A stretch of 64,000 nt of DNA, from the NCBI RefSeq assembly GCF_016433145.1, contig NC_058135.1:279931875-279995874 (forward strand). The letters are read 5' to 3'. The notes beneath the pieces were generated by a model, which searched no databases, was not told the DNA's origin, and saw only the letters and a program-made list of their open reading frames with translations. Positions within the stretch are counted from its first letter, which is position 1. Each line of letters starts with the position of its first letter. The DNA comes from Gracilinanus agilis. Taxonomy: Eukaryota. The translations under genes were made by a program, and so were the position numbers. Below are positions 1 through 13,497 of this stretch, in pieces.

Positions 1-95
1 TTGACCCCCATTGCCCACCCTTACCACTCTTCCACCTATGAGACAATACACCAAAGTTAAGGGTCTAAAAAAAAAAAAGAAGAAGAAGAAGAACA
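1..95 (+). mobile_element. Opossum SINE1 3' part
   Basis: ttgacccccattgcc...cccttaccactctt...aagggtctaaaaa plus a GAA tail. Confidence 0.8.
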
Positions 96-269
96 GAATT
101 CATACTTTGCCTCAGGTACTTATCTGTATGACCTTTGGCAAGGCACTTAATGTCTCTCCCTTTCTGTTTCCCCATCTTAAAATATGGATAATAATATGTG
201 AATTTTTTTAAATTTACATTATTTTCCAAAGTTTACAAGACAAAATGAATGCTACCTCATAGAACCAAC

Positions 270-720
270 TGCTTGACTAACCTTGAAGAATAAGAAAATG
301 ATGGCTCCAAAACTGATTTTGAATCCTGCTCCCTTCCCCTCACCTTGAAGACAAGGATTATTTTTTTACTTTCATGTGCTATGAATATTGTAGATATGAG
401 TGTGTGGCCTGTCACTAGAGTTCTGATATCCAAGATCTCCCTGGTGACAAGACTCCAAGTAGAAGAACTGACCTAACTTTTCACTGAAGGTCTTCAATTA
501 GAAGTCCAATTCAGAGAAGAAATAAAATGCCTTAAAGGAGAAATTCTTCCAGGATAGAATGAAAAATATTTTTAAAAATTCTAATAGGAAACAAACTGTT
601 ATCTCCAGTCATTGTGGTTGCTTGATCTTGGGGTCAGTAAGGTCACTAGATGAAGGAAGGCATAGGAGCATTTAATTTGATCTAATTAATAAGTGAAGGA
701 TGATGATCATGATAGTAATA
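270..720 (-). other. Divergent fifth copy of the exon-1/intron block (belongs to an OR left of the window)
   Basis: Aligns by eye to 47590-48000 and 13350-13780 (e.g. ggtgacaagactccaag, cttgatcttgg, tgatctaatt). The donor motif is absent. Confidence 0.65.
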
Positions 721-734
721 ATACCTTACTAAGA

Positions 735-965
735 TAATAGCTAGCATTTATATAGTACCTATTTTATGTGAGGAATTTCACAAATATTATCTCATTTGAT
801 CCACAGAACAATCCTATAAAGCTGGTGCTGTCATTATCCCCATTTTGCACTAGAGAAAAGTAAGATAAGTAGAAATTAGATGACTTGTCCAAAGTCAATA
901 AGAGTGTGAAATTTGATTGGAAATCAGGTCTTCTTGCTTCTAGGCCTAATGAACTATCCATTAAG
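735..965 (-). mobile_element. MIR
   Basis: atctcatttgatcc...tattatccccatttt...tgacttgtccaaagtc. Confidence 0.7.
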
Positions 966-1603
966 AGATCTAACTGTCATTTTGACTCTGTGGTGATGTA
1001 CAGGGGGAATGAAGAATTTGTAGGTATATAAAAAAAATAAAAGAATAAAATTAACCAATGTATTACTTAAAGCATACAGAAAAGAGCTGAAGGAATTTCA
1101 GAAGGGGATATAGACAAGTAAGATAATTTTCCTATTGGTTAACTAAACAAATCCTAAAAACTGTACATAAAAGGTGAAGTTTAATGCAATATTTTTCTTT
1201 ATTTTTCCATATATTTAGATGTTCATTTGTTAATGTTTAAGTTAATCATAAAAATAAAATTTAAATGAAAAGAATGAGTATCTGTTTTCATATGTTCCAA
1301 CAAATTCGAACAAATAAATGTGTTCAAAGTTGGGGATTAGGGAGTAGCATCCTTTCTTTTAAGAAAATTACAGCACTTCTTCAGTAGCTGCCTAAGTCAA
1401 ACTCCCCAAGTCTCAAGAAGACTTAGACCATATTAGAAACAGAACAGTCTAACTTCTCTCTTCCTACCTTGAGATGATAGTGAGTCAATTTTGACCCCCC
1501 AAAATTAGACTCTTAATTCTAGTAGCTTGTCCTGGTTTTTCATCAAAGGAAGTGCCACCATCATCATTTAACCTCTCCATTAAACTAAAGAGAAAAAAGG
1601 AAT

Positions 1604-1812
1604 GGCAGCTAGGTAACTCAGTAGACAGCTACTTTAGACAATGTCATGTCTAAATATAGGAGGTCCTGGATTCAAATCTCATCTCAGACACTTCCTAACT
1701 GTGTGATCCTGAGCATGTCAATTAACCTCAGTTGCCTAGCCCTTACCACTCTTCTGTCTCAGAACCAATTATTAGTATAGAATCTAAGACAGAAGGTAAG
1801 GATTTTTTAAAA
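1604..1812 (+). mobile_element. Opossum SINE1
   Basis: ggcagctaggt...ttcaaatc...cagacacttcc...ccttaccactcttctg...gaaggtaagg, with flanking agaaaaa(a)ggaat repeats. Confidence 0.85.
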
Positions 1813-3049
1813 AGAAAAAGGAATAATATTTGCTTCCCCATTTTAATCTTTAAAGTGTAATTTCTCAAAGGCTTATAGCCCATTTGTGTATTGTGAAAAT
1901 CAAGGTAAATGAATGTTCCCCCTCAATCCAGAAACCAGGAAACATTTAACTTCTTTTGCTTTCCAATAATTGATTCTGTGAGCTACAACAAAATTCCAGA
2001 ATTTCAATGATAATAATTTTAATTTTTTAAAATATTAATTCATTTTTAAAAACCTGAAATTTTAAAAAGGTTCACACCCCTTTTTCCTTTTGCTATTATA
2101 TGAAACTTGATTGTATATATGAGTTACATATATATGAGAATTATAATATAGGAAATCCACCTGGGTTTTTCAGGATGGATGAAAAAATTCCAAAGGATAG
2201 AAATGAAAGAACATCTCACTTATCCATCTTCAATTAAAACCTCTTTTAAGGAAGAATAAAGGAATCTCACTCTGGAGAATTTCTCCAGGTACTGGTGCTA
2301 AAAGATCAGAACATTGCATCAAAATTACTGTTATCCTTAACTATGATTTTTGCATAGATTTTAGGCAAGCAAAGTAAATAGCTGGACTATGGCATAATGC
2401 TATGACATCTTTTCACACAGCCAAAAGAATAACAGACAATGTCTTGACTATTATTTTGTTTCACTAAAATAACTCCAAATGAAGTCAGAATATGGTTTTT
2501 ATATCAATATACCTGAGAATGGACCTATAATGGCATGAGAATATAGGTCATCAAGGGAAAATTACTCCTTTGAGAACACCTACACCTCTTCAGGCAGTTG
2601 AATTCATAAGATGTAATTATTCTTCTAGTGTTTAGGGATACAATCATGATTTCTGAGGGAAATCCTAGAGGATTTCAGTTGTTGTTAAAAATGTTTCTAT
2701 AAAGCATAGTATTCTATATCACAATACTGGAAAGTCAAGAAATAAAGGACACAAGTATTACTAGGCAGTAATAGGGTGTAGCCAATAGAATAGAAAGAGA
2801 AACAATCAGGGAATTAGCCTAGTCACAAGGATATCACCATATGGCTTCTAGTAATACAACTGAATTTCATTGAACTTGCTGAAAAGAAATGTTTGTCCAC
2901 ATATTATCCATGTAATCATCAGCCAAAGAAGTTAGACCTGTTTCAAGTGGAGATGAAAGAATACAAGAGCTTCCTTTTTTCCTTTCTCAAAGTCATTTCT
3001 ATAATGCAAACCAATCAAAACTGTAGAAAGATTCTTTGCCCCTCTCTAC

Positions 3050-4296
3050 AGCCATTTTGAAAAATGTGTCCAAAATGACAAATATAAAGAGGAAAATCAT
3101 AAACCAATTAGGTGAACATAAGATAGTATACCTGTCAGATCTATAGGAAAAGGAAGGAATTTAAGATGAAGTAAGAGATAGAGAACATTACAAAATGTAA
3201 AACGAATAATTTTAATTATATTAAATTTAAAAGTTTCTGAGCAAACAAAACCAATGCAAGTAAAATTAAAAGGGAAATGACAAATTCAGGAAAAAAATTT
3301 TTATAACAAAAAGGCCTAATTTCTCAAATTTATAAGGAACTAAGTCAATTGTACAAAAAATCAAACTATTCTCCAATTGACAAATGGTCAAGGGATATGA
3401 ATAGGCAGTTTTCAGATAAAGAAATCAAAATTATCAATAAGAACTTGAAAAATTGTTTTAAATCTCTTAAGAGAAATGCAAATTAGAACAATGCTGAGGT
3501 ACCACCTCACACCTATGAGATTGACCAATGTAATAGTAGAGGAAAATAATAAATATTGGAGGGGTTGTGGCAAAATCCAGACACTAATGTATTGCTGGTG
3601 GAATTGTGAATTAATTGAGACATTCTGGAAGGCAATTTGGAATTATGCCCAAAGGGCTTTAAAAGAGTGCCTACCTGTTGATCAAGAAATAACACTGCTG
3701 GGTTACTATCCCAAAGAGGTGATAATGAAAAATACTTCTTCAGAATATTCATAGCCATGTTCTTTGTGGTGGCAAAAAATTGGAAAATGAGGGTGTGTCC
3801 CTCAATTGGGGAATGGCTGAACAAATTGTGATAACTGATGCTGATGGAATACTATTGTGCTGTAAAGACTGATCTGGAGGCTTTCTATATGAACTGGGAG
3901 AACCTCAGTGAACTGAGGCAGAGTGAAATGAGCAGAATAAGAAGAACATTGTACACAGAAAGTAAAATATTGAGGAAAAATCCAATGTAATGGATTTCGC
4001 TACTATGAGAAATGCAACAACCTAGGACACTCCTGAAGGATTTATGTAAAAGGATGCTATCCACATTGAGAGAAAGAACTATGGGAGTATAAATAAAAAT
4101 GCAAAACATATGACATCACTTATCACATGTATATATGGATATGTGATTTAGGGTTTAGGCTTTAAAAATAGCTCTGTAACAAAAATGAATAATATGGAAA
4201 GAGGTGTCAAGTGATAAAATTTGAACAACCCAGTAGAATTGTTTGTCCACTCTGGGAGTAGGGAGGGAAGAGGGGAGGGGAAAAATGAATCATGGA
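3050..4296 (+). mobile_element. L1 3' fragment (ORF2 C-terminus and 3'UTR) running into a gap
   Basis: Degraded translation MQIRTMLRYHLTPMRL...WRGCGKIQTLMYCWW is typical of the L1 ORF2 C-terminus. Confidence 0.85.
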
Positions 4297-4459
4297 NNNN
4301 NNNNNNNNNNNNNNNNNNNNNNNNNNNNNNNNNNNNNNNNNNNNNNNNNNNNNNNNNNNNNNNNNNNNNNNNNNNNNNNNNNNNNNNNNNNNNNNNNNNN
4401 NNNNNNNNNNNNNNNNNNNNNNNNNNNNNNNNNNNNNNNNNNNNNNNNNNNNNNNNNNN
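4297..4459. other. Assembly gap
   Basis: Run of N. Confidence 1.
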
Positions 4460-4749
4460 TCCTCCATGTTTGGCTTATTCTAAACTACTAACTCTGCAAC
4501 TCAATCTGTATTCTAAGAAAAATGAAAGATCAAGATTCATTCTTCAACTGCAGAATCAAAAGTCCACACAGGATTAATGTTCTCAATCGCCAGGTGTTAC
4601 AAAGCATACCATTGATCAAGAATTTTTTCATCAAGTTTCCTGTTAATTCAGGGTCTGTCTCACGTGCTCCAATGAGAAAGAATCTAGGTCAGTGAGAGGC
4701 AACTATTGCACTTTTGGAATTATCTCTTTAAAAATCAAACAAGCAAACA

Positions 4750-4945
4750 AAAAACCTCTTACTTTCTGTCTTAGAATCAACACTGTGTACTGGTTTCAAG
4801 GTAGAAGAATGGTAAGAGCTTGGGCATAGGTGTTAAGTGACTTTCCTAGGGCTATACATCTTAGAAATATTTAAGATAAAACTTGAATTCAGGATCTTCC
4901 ATCTCTATGCCTGACTCTCTACCCACTGAACTATCTACCTGCCAC
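4750..4945 (-). mobile_element. Opossum SINE1 (diverged)
   Basis: Reverse-complement match to the other SINE1 copies. Confidence 0.8.
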
Positions 4946-6719
4946 AAGGATTGCTCTCTTTAAGATTTTTATCCTAAATGGCCTACTTAAATTTAGATTT
5001 CCAGAACAGGAAATCAAAGGGCTTCACTAGTCAAAGATATCCACTGCTGCCCTACTTAAGGGGAAATATCCTTTGACAACGTTACTCTTGATTCTCTGTT
5101 CTTGCAACCTTGAAAGTCACATTATTTTAAATTAAAGGGATCATTGACCTGAGCATTTGCTTGCACATCATAGTCTCCTTTTTAACCCTGTTTCTTCCCA
5201 ACACTGAATCTCAGCTATGGTCTAGATAAGAAAAGAATTTCTCACAATATAGCCTGGGACTTCCTGGGTACCTGAGACACTTTCAAGGAGTTCACAAGGC
5301 TGAAAATTTTTCATAATAATATAAAGGCATTCAATTTCTTTTAAAAATATCAACAAATACCACCCACACCAACCCAAGTTCTTTGGGGGTACAAATAATT
5401 TTTAAGATGATAAAGGAGTCCTGAGGCCATAAAATCTGGGAAACTGATCAAGAATATATATCCCTTCTGGTACTAACAAACTATACCTTTGAACTCCGGA
5501 GAGGTGAGTATGCCTAAGAAAACACATAAATATCTACAATCTATCAAGTGCTGTCCCAGTGTCAGAGTCTGATCTAAGAAAAACATATTGAGTAGATCTA
5601 TAGGGACTGACTAGCAACTGTAAAATTAGACTATGCCCACAGAAAACCTGACAGTTAATATGGTTAATATACATAAATATTATGAAGTTGACATAAGGTA
5701 ATATTTGCTAGGTGTTTCAGAAATGTCAAAATTCTAAATATTATTTATTTACTCAATATACCTGATTATTTATCATGAAAGGAACAGAGGATATGATACC
5801 AATGTCTCTTCTTTATGAGCAGTAAGGATCATGAAAAGAAGTTGTTTATGAATATAGCACTCCTATCATCATCATTATTATTATACTTATATATTTTACA
5901 TATATTCTCTAGCATGTTGATTGCTATCCCCATATTAAATTCTAGACTTTTAATTTCTCTTGCATAATGTTAATCTCATGGTCTTGAAGTAATGGATTTA
6001 AATTCATTCATAATTAATAGGTGAATGTTTCATGTATGGAATCTCTGTATAAAAGCTTTGGATTGAGAGAACAACCCAAGAAGGAAAGAAAAGGTTGTGT
6101 CCTAAAAGTTTAGGCAATTGGGCATAAAAAAAAATGTTAGATGAGGACCCTGGATAGAAAGTGAACAAGTCACAAGTGAGTGGAGTGTTGTGTTCATAAA
6201 CATCTTCTCCTCTCCATGGTCCTGATTACTCATAAAAACACTGTTAACACACCCTCTATTCATTTTATGATAAAAAAGATATACTGAGTTTGCATAGGTG
6301 TTGAGGTTTTTAGAGATAATCTACATGCTTTTCTCTATGCACCATGACTCTTTCTGTTAAACCAAATTTACTAGAAGTTCCTCTGAAAAGATAAATTTCA
6401 TTACATAAGAGAATCAAAAACACAACATATCAAAAGAATCAATCAGTAAACATTTATTAAGCTCTGATTTTCAACCATGGTACTTGATTCTGGGAATGCT
6501 GATATACTCAATTTCAATATCATGTTTTTAAAAAATTAAAATCTATGACCATCTGTGAGGAGAGGATAGAGAATTTATGTCTGAGTGTTAATCTATCATC
6601 AGCAAAGCAAGAAGAGAGTGGTAACTCTCCTTCATTTAATCTGACTGAAGAACAAACCCAAGATGAAGACAAGTATTAAGGAATAAATCCCATATAGGAC
6701 TTAATGTGCCACCTAGCTG

Positions 6720-8620
6720 CCTATAAGTGGAGATGTGATTTTAATTTTAAAGATCATAGCTTAAATAAAATTAGGAGAGAATAAGATCATATACCTCTCC
6801 AAAGTAAACAAAGATATACAATTAGATAAACTAGATAACTTTAATTACATAAAGATCAGAAGCTTCTGCACAGACAAAATTAATGCAGCTATGAAAAGAA
6901 GTCAATTGGTTAAATGAGAAAAAATTATTTGTTTAAAATTGCCATGATAAAAGATTGCTATCCAAAATTATTTCTTTATGTGTGTGTTCATGTATTTACA
7001 ATACACAAATATATTTATATAAACCTATGTAATAGCCATTCCACAGAATAAGAGAAATTTAAATTAAAACAACCTTGAGGCTTCACCTCATATCAGTCAA
7101 TTTGAGCAAATAACTAAAAAATATCAATACACATTCCTGAAGGTATGAGATGATAGGCACACTAATATATTGTTGATGGAACTATGAAATAGTACAAAAA
7201 CTTCAGAAGATTATTTGGAGTTATGTAAATAATGTTACACAAATATCTATACATTTTGAACTCTTACTGGACTTATTCTGTAAGTTAATTGATAATATTT
7301 ATTGTTAAGAAAGAAGCTCTTATACATGAAAATATTTGTAGCAGCACTTTTGAAGATGGCAAAGAATTGGAAACAAATTAGATGCCCATCAAGAGGAAAA
7401 GAGCTAAAATAATTGTACTACTTAAATACAATGGAATATTGTGCTATAATATCTGATGTGTGTGGTGAATACAGAAGTCAGAATATAATAGAGAGATATT
7501 ATGAAGAAGCAAATTTTAAAAAGATAAAGGAAAAAAATTCTCAGTCTGTCTCTAAATGGTGGTTGATTTCCTTGGTGAGAATGTTGAGTGGAGGTTTTTT
7601 GGATCTCAGTTAGCTTACAAGACCACTAATGTCTCTTCCAATTTTCAAATTCTTCTGTTCTTTGACTCTAATATGAAATGCTATGAATTTATTTATAAAA
7701 GAAAGCTTAGAAGAGAAAGCATCAAAAAGAAAACTCTAAACCCTAGGAGTTTTTACATTCAAGCCAATATATGTGAATTAAGGCATTTATTTCCATTACG
7801 AACAATATTTAGATTTTATGCTATATTAGTTAGAGGGCAGACCTGCATTCAAGGCAACCAGTAAACAAAAATTTGTTCTTTCTAGGCATTAATCACTCTG
7901 AGAAGTTCTAACCATAACTGGCTATGTGACCAGATAGAATCAATTTAAGCTCTCAGTTCTCCTCCACAACTCTTTACATATATATGTATATATATGAGGG
8001 ACAAAAGATATGAATAGACAATTTTTGAATGAAGTAATCAAACCTATAGATAGGTATATTTTTAAATGTTCTTAATCACTACAGTTTGCAAATCATTAAC
8101 ATGAAAAAGACAAAACAAAACAATTCTGAAATGTCATCTCAAACTATCAGACTGTCTAAAATGATAAAAGGGCAAAACAACAAATGTTGGAGAAGATGTG
8201 GGAAAATGAGAACACTAATACACTCTTGGTGGACCTATGAACTGATTCAACCCTTTTGAAGAGCACTTTACAATTCTATCTAGAGAGTTATAAAACTTTG
8301 TATACCCTTAGACATAGCAATGGTATTGCTGGGTTTGTTTCCTGAGAAGATCACGGGGAAAAGAAAAGAACCTGCAAGTTCCAAAATATTTATAGTAGTT
8401 TTCTTTGTGATGGTAAAATTTGAAACCAAGAGGATGTCCATCAGCTGTAGAAAGATTAAATGAATTATGGGATAGGAGTGTTAGAGAATACTACAGCAGT
8501 ATAAGAAGCAATGAACAGGCTAAGCTTTTTTTAATTAGAAAGGAATGCATGGGATAATGAAGAATGAAAGGAGTAGAACCAATAGAACATTACACACTGC
8601 TAAAGATTTAATTCTTGAAG
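6720..8620 (+). mobile_element. Old L1 ORF2/3' fragments downstream of G1
   Basis: Degenerate L1 ORF2 C-terminal sequence at ~6720-7560 and ~8000-8620. The older part has paralogs at ~19200-19460, ~42150-42560 and ~56980-57400. Confidence 0.65.
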
Positions 8621-9572
8621 AATAAATTGTGAATGTTACCTCCAGCGAGTGAATTCAAAGGTGGAAACATGAAAGATATAATTTTATTAGCATATCTGGC
8701 TCTCAGATGATACCTTCCATGATGAGGGGAGTTAAGGAGAAGAGATGGAAAACTTGTGGATAAATTATATTGATAATTTATAAAAGAATATTTGTGAGTC
8801 AGAGTTTGCCAATCCTCATCAAAAAAGGAAATGCCACACAGAGTTCTAAACACTACCTCTCTCCCCATTTGGCACCACCAACAGGTACAAATAGGTGGTA
8901 AACTGGATACAGTGCCAGGCCTGAAGTAAGTCTTGAATTCAAATTGGTCCTCAGACACCTACTAGCCTTATGACCTCAGGCAAATCAGTTGCCCTGTTTG
9001 TCTCAGTTTTCTTATATATAAAATGATTTGAAGAAGGAAATGATAAACCATTCCAGTACTTCTACTAAAAAAGCCCCAGATGCAGTCACAAAATGTAGAT
9101 CATGATTGAATAACAAGTACAAAAGTCAGGGGAAAGTAATAGTTAATTTCCTACAGAATTTTTTAACAAAACTTGAAATCGTTAATAGAGTGGTGATGTC
9201 ACTTAACAATAGCTTGTCTATATTCATGTGGAGAGAAAATGGCAGACACATGAGGGGCAATATGTATCATAACATTATGTGATATAGGAATTCTGTTAAA
9301 GCTACTGTGAAAAGAGGAACAGAAAGTCTCCTCAACTGAGTTGAAGTGGAAAAACATCCTGATTACCCAGTCTTCCAGAGATTATAGATTATACAATCAG
9401 ATACTAGAAGCCAATGAAGGAAGATGTTTTCCAAATTCAGAATGGAAAGAGAATTTACTGCTTATGATCCAAGGATAATAAAGGGTATGTGACCCCAGGA
9501 GATGATGCACTTTAAAGAACAAAGAGTGGAAGAAAAGTCCTGAACATTTTTTGCTTAAATAAAAGGAAATGC

Positions 9573-10502
9573 CTAATGAAGACTTTGTCTCCCTATGATT
9601 TTCCTAAAAGCATTGCTGACTTCCTTATTCCTCAGACTATAGACAAGAGGATTCAACATGGGGATGACCATGGTGTAGAACACTGAAGACACTTTGTCTA
9701 TGTCCATGGAATGGCTAGAGCTGGGTCGTAAGTACATGAAGATTATAGTCCCATAGAATATGGAAACAGCTGTGAGATGGGAAGCACATGTAGAGAATGC
9801 TTTCTGGCGGCCCTCAGCTGAATGCATTCTCAATATGGCAATGAAAATGGAAAAATAGGATTTCAAGATGAAAAAAAGGGCAAAAAATACATTGAATCCT
9901 ACAGCAAAGAAGACAACTAATTCATTGATGTATGTGATAGAACAAGAGATCACCAAGAGGGGTGGAACATCACAAAAAAAATGGTGGATCATGTTCGAAT
10001 TATAAAAGTGGAGACTGAAGATGTTTCCTGTGTGAATGGAGGAAGAAAGGAAGCCACAGAAATAGGAACCAATCACCAGATAAGCACACACATTGGATGT
10101 CATGGTGGTATTGTAATGGAGAGGCTTACACACAGCTTCCTGGCGATCATAGGCCATAGCTGCCAGGAGATAACTTTCAACACTTGCAAATAACCCAAAG
10201 AAAAACATTTGTGTAGCACATCCATTATAAGAGATGGTTTTGTCCCCTGGAAGGAATCCAGCCATCACTTTAGGAGTAATGGTGGAAGAATAGCCTAGAT
10301 CTGACAGAGAGAGGATACTGAGGAAAAAATACATGGGTGTGTGGAGATGGGAATCCCACAATATCAGGACTATCATGCCCAGATTTCCTACCAGGGTGAT
10401 GAGGTAGATAATAGTGAATATTATGAAGAGGGGGACCTGAAGCTCAGGGGCATCTGTTAATCCAGCAAGGATGAATTCCTTCACCTCTGAACAGTTCTCC
10501 AT
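9573..10502 (-). CDS. Olfactory receptor, class II, OR5B-like (G1), 309 aa, single coding exon
   Basis: Open frame with OR motifs GN (TM1), [41 protein letters not shown], and the N-glycosylation sequon N3-C-S. The start is set at MENCS (ATG 10500-10502) because the ORF-track extension to 10568 lies beyond a splice acceptor (CAG at 10532-10534). Confidence 0.95.
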   Translation of the reverse strand: MENCSEVKEFILAGLTDAPELQVPLFIIFTIIYLITLVGNLGMIVLILWDSHLHTPMYFFLSILSLSDLGYSSTITPKVMAGFLPGDKTISYNGCATQMFFFGLFASVESYLLAAMAYDRQEAVCKPLHYNTTMTSNVCAYLVIGSYFCGFLSSSIHTGNIFSLHFYNSNMIHHFFCDVPPLLVISCSITYINELVVFFAVGFNVFFALFFILKSYFSIFIAILRMHSAEGRQKAFSTCASHLTAVSIFYGTIIFMYLRPSSSHSMDIDKVSSVFYTMVIPMLNPLVYSLRNKEVSNAFRKIIGRQSLH

Positions 10503-12249
10503 AAGTGTCTTTAGAAATTTAGGTGAGCCACCTGGGAGAAGAGAAAAACAATCAGTAAAATAAGTCATGGCAGTTACTCATTTGCAAGGGTGATAGAATC
10601 ATATTTAATATTATATTTCACTTCAAAACTCTGTTTACTAAAAATTTGGTTCTTTTAATGTATGATAAATTAACATCATACTAATGCTGAAATATGGAGA
10701 GCTAGGTCAAGAAATGGAAAGAATGCTGGGCTTGAAGTTACAAAAGCCAGAAACTCAGACACTCATTAGCTATGTGACCCTGGATAAATCACTTAATCTT
10801 GTCTGCCTAAGTTTCCTCTTCTACAAAATGAGCTGGGGAAGGAAAAGGTAAGCAGCTCTAGTATCTTTACCAAGAAATCCCCAAAAGGGGTCAGGAAGAG
10901 CTGGACATGTCGGAAAAGACCAAACAATAATAACAGACTGTTGCAGTTAGGGTTTTTGAGCATGCTTCATAAGTCCCCTTATTCTCATGGATAAGTCTCA
11001 ACCTCCACAGCGCCCATGATCTTCATCTTTACTATACATCAGACACATACACTATAGCCATGCAACTGATTTGATCATTCCTCCAACACCATGATCCTGA
11101 ACTCTGAAATTCCTTTTTTAAGCACAGTCTTCTAACTTTCCCTTACTGATTCTGTCTCACCCTTCCTCTGTCTAGATTTACCCCTTCTCATCATTGCAAT
11201 TTTCCACATTACTTCTATTTTTAAAATTCATTTCCCCTACTTTGGACTTAGTCAACTTCACAGAATTGACCACATGACTGGCTGCTTCAACATGACTGAC
11301 TATTCCATCAACTAGCCTAAAATCTCTTACCTGGCTTTTACCAGACACCCCAACCCAGCATCACATTCAACACATATTTTAACCCAAAATTAGGGGTTGA
11401 ATAAGGCCCCTAACTATGTTGAGGGAGTTCTCTACAGAAACATATTTTTATCTTGTCACTATCACCCTCCTTAGGCCAAAGGAATCCAATTATTTTTCCC
11501 AATTAACCCTATCTTCCCCTTGCATCAGCAGAGATGTCATCAATCTCAGATTCTCTTTTTTCACTTCTAAAGACTCCAAACCTTAATTGTTGCCTGTGCC
11601 TCCTGCTTTGTCCCTGTTATAGAGGAAGAAGTGGATCTCATTGCCAAGGTAATCTGTGTGTGTGTGCGCTCTTCATCTGGCCTCATCCTACAACTTCTAA
11701 AATACTAACAAATAGGATTTATATAGCAGTATTAGTTTTGGAAAGTAGTTTTAGTAATGTTACCTTATTTCGTCCTCACAACAAACTTGGAGTGTGTTAT
11801 ACCCATTTTGCAGGAATGAAAATTACATTTTAAAGGTGGAAACAGAAGAAGACCACACTATAAGAGTTTCATAAGTATCTGATGACCAATTTGAACTTGT
11901 TTCTTTGACTCCAAGTCCCATAGGAAATCCACCCAAATGTGTATTTTACTCCCTCAAACATCTCCCATTTCATTGTTTTCCTCATAAAATTTCTCCTTAC
12001 TTTTATTACCTAAAATAATGTCCTAATTCTTACATTTTTAGAAAAAGAACATCATTTTTGAAATGCATCTTCCCCACAATTATACTTTGATATTCCTAAA
12101 GCACAAATGCACTCTTCTCTCTGATTTAATTACATAAATAAAACTGAACAAATAAGACCAAGAATGCCCCCACAAAGTCTTATCATTTCATTCATTTTAA
12201 AGTAAGGGTCACTTGCTCCATTTCACCATTTGGTTTGTTGTTGTTGTTG

Positions 12250-12443
12250 TTGTTAAACCCTTACCTACTGCCTTAGGATCAATATTGATATTGGTTCCAT
12301 GGCAAAAGAATTATAAGGGTATGGCAAGGAAGGTTAAGTGACTTGCCCAGGGTCACGCAGCTAGAAAGTGTCTGAGGCTGGATTTGTACCCAGTACCTCC
12401 CATCTCTAGGCCTAGTTTTCAATCTGAGTCATCTAGCTGCCTC
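12250..12443 (-). mobile_element. Opossum SINE1 with a (GTT)n tail in the G1 intron
   Basis: aaacccttacc...gtgacttgcccagggtcac...ctagctgcc. Confidence 0.85.
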
Positions 12444-13497
12444 CCATCCTTTCATGTGTAAGTCACCTGCCCAGAGTCTACATGGATGGACCATGATTTG
12501 AACTGTGATACTCTAGTTGCAAACATTTAATTCTTTAAGGAAGACTGGTGTTGGGGAAAGACTAGAGAGCTCTGAGATAGAGAACTGGGATCTAATCCTG
12601 CCATTACAACTAGCTTATTCTGGATCATTAAACAGATCATTTCCCCAACTTGGGCATCAGTTAAATCACCTACATGATGAGGGAATAAGATTGGATGCTC
12701 TCTTTAAAATCCAGAATGTCCAGTGTGATCTAGTAAATTAGAACTCTAAGTAATGTACAAAACTGATAGGAGGATGTTTACTACTAAAAAAAAAAGATTG
12801 ACTCTTACAGTAACTGGAAAAGATTTTTTAAATTCACAGTTTTTATGAAGTTATTTGAAATACATTTGGGGAAAAATGATTATTGTATGAAATAATAATT
12901 AGTAGGATGGCAAGACTATTTGACTTAGGGTGAGAAGAGCTAAATTTAAATTCTAGTTCTGCTATTTACACCATGTCACCTCAGCTTTGACCCCTAGAGC
13001 CTCAGTCTCAGTTCCTTCAGCTTTAAAACTGGATTATTCCCAAGTCTTTTCCCATTGATTTTTCAGATCTATTAAGCAAATAAATGGCATAAAGGACAAA
13101 GTGAAGGATGTATAGTCAGGAGGAACTTAATACAAATTCTGTATTCAATACTTGTTCTCTGTATGCCCCTGGACAAATCACTTAGTATCTCTCAGACTCA
13201 GTTTCCTCATCTCTAAAATGGAGTTAACAATAGCCCTGACTTTAATAGGTGTGTCCTGATGATCAACTGATATTTTTTAATGTACAGTGCTCTGTGAACT
13301 TTCAAGGGCTAAATAAATGCTAACTATGATAATTTATCTGAATATAATGACAAGAAAATTACAGTAGCAATCTGTAATTCTGAACCCTCTAACTCCTCCT
13401 ACCTTAAAGAGAAGAATACTATTTTTTTTGTCATGTAAGACTCATATTTTAGCACTGAAAAGGACCTGCCACTAGTATTCTAATATCTAAAACCTAC

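Noticed and set aside
2272-2288. Palindrome CTGGAGAA-T-TTCTCCAG
   Set aside because: An 8-bp stem is expected by chance about once or twice in 64 kb, and there is no paralogous support.
3476-3754. ORFs of 60-120 aa in L1, RTE, L2, MIR and LTR sequence
   Set aside because: They are fragments of decayed transposon frames or chance ORFs.
9981-10193. Plus-strand ORFs opposite the OR genes (also 21118-21387, 44320-44586, 59092-59466) and the alternate-frame 44519-44764
   Set aside because: These are shadow frames of conserved coding sequence, and their endpoints are not conserved.
10503-10568. N-terminal extensions of G1, G3 and G4 in the ORF track (to 10568, 44754, 59526)
   Set aside because: They cross a conserved splice acceptor, are not shared in frame by G2, and precede the typical MEN-x-S glycosylated start.
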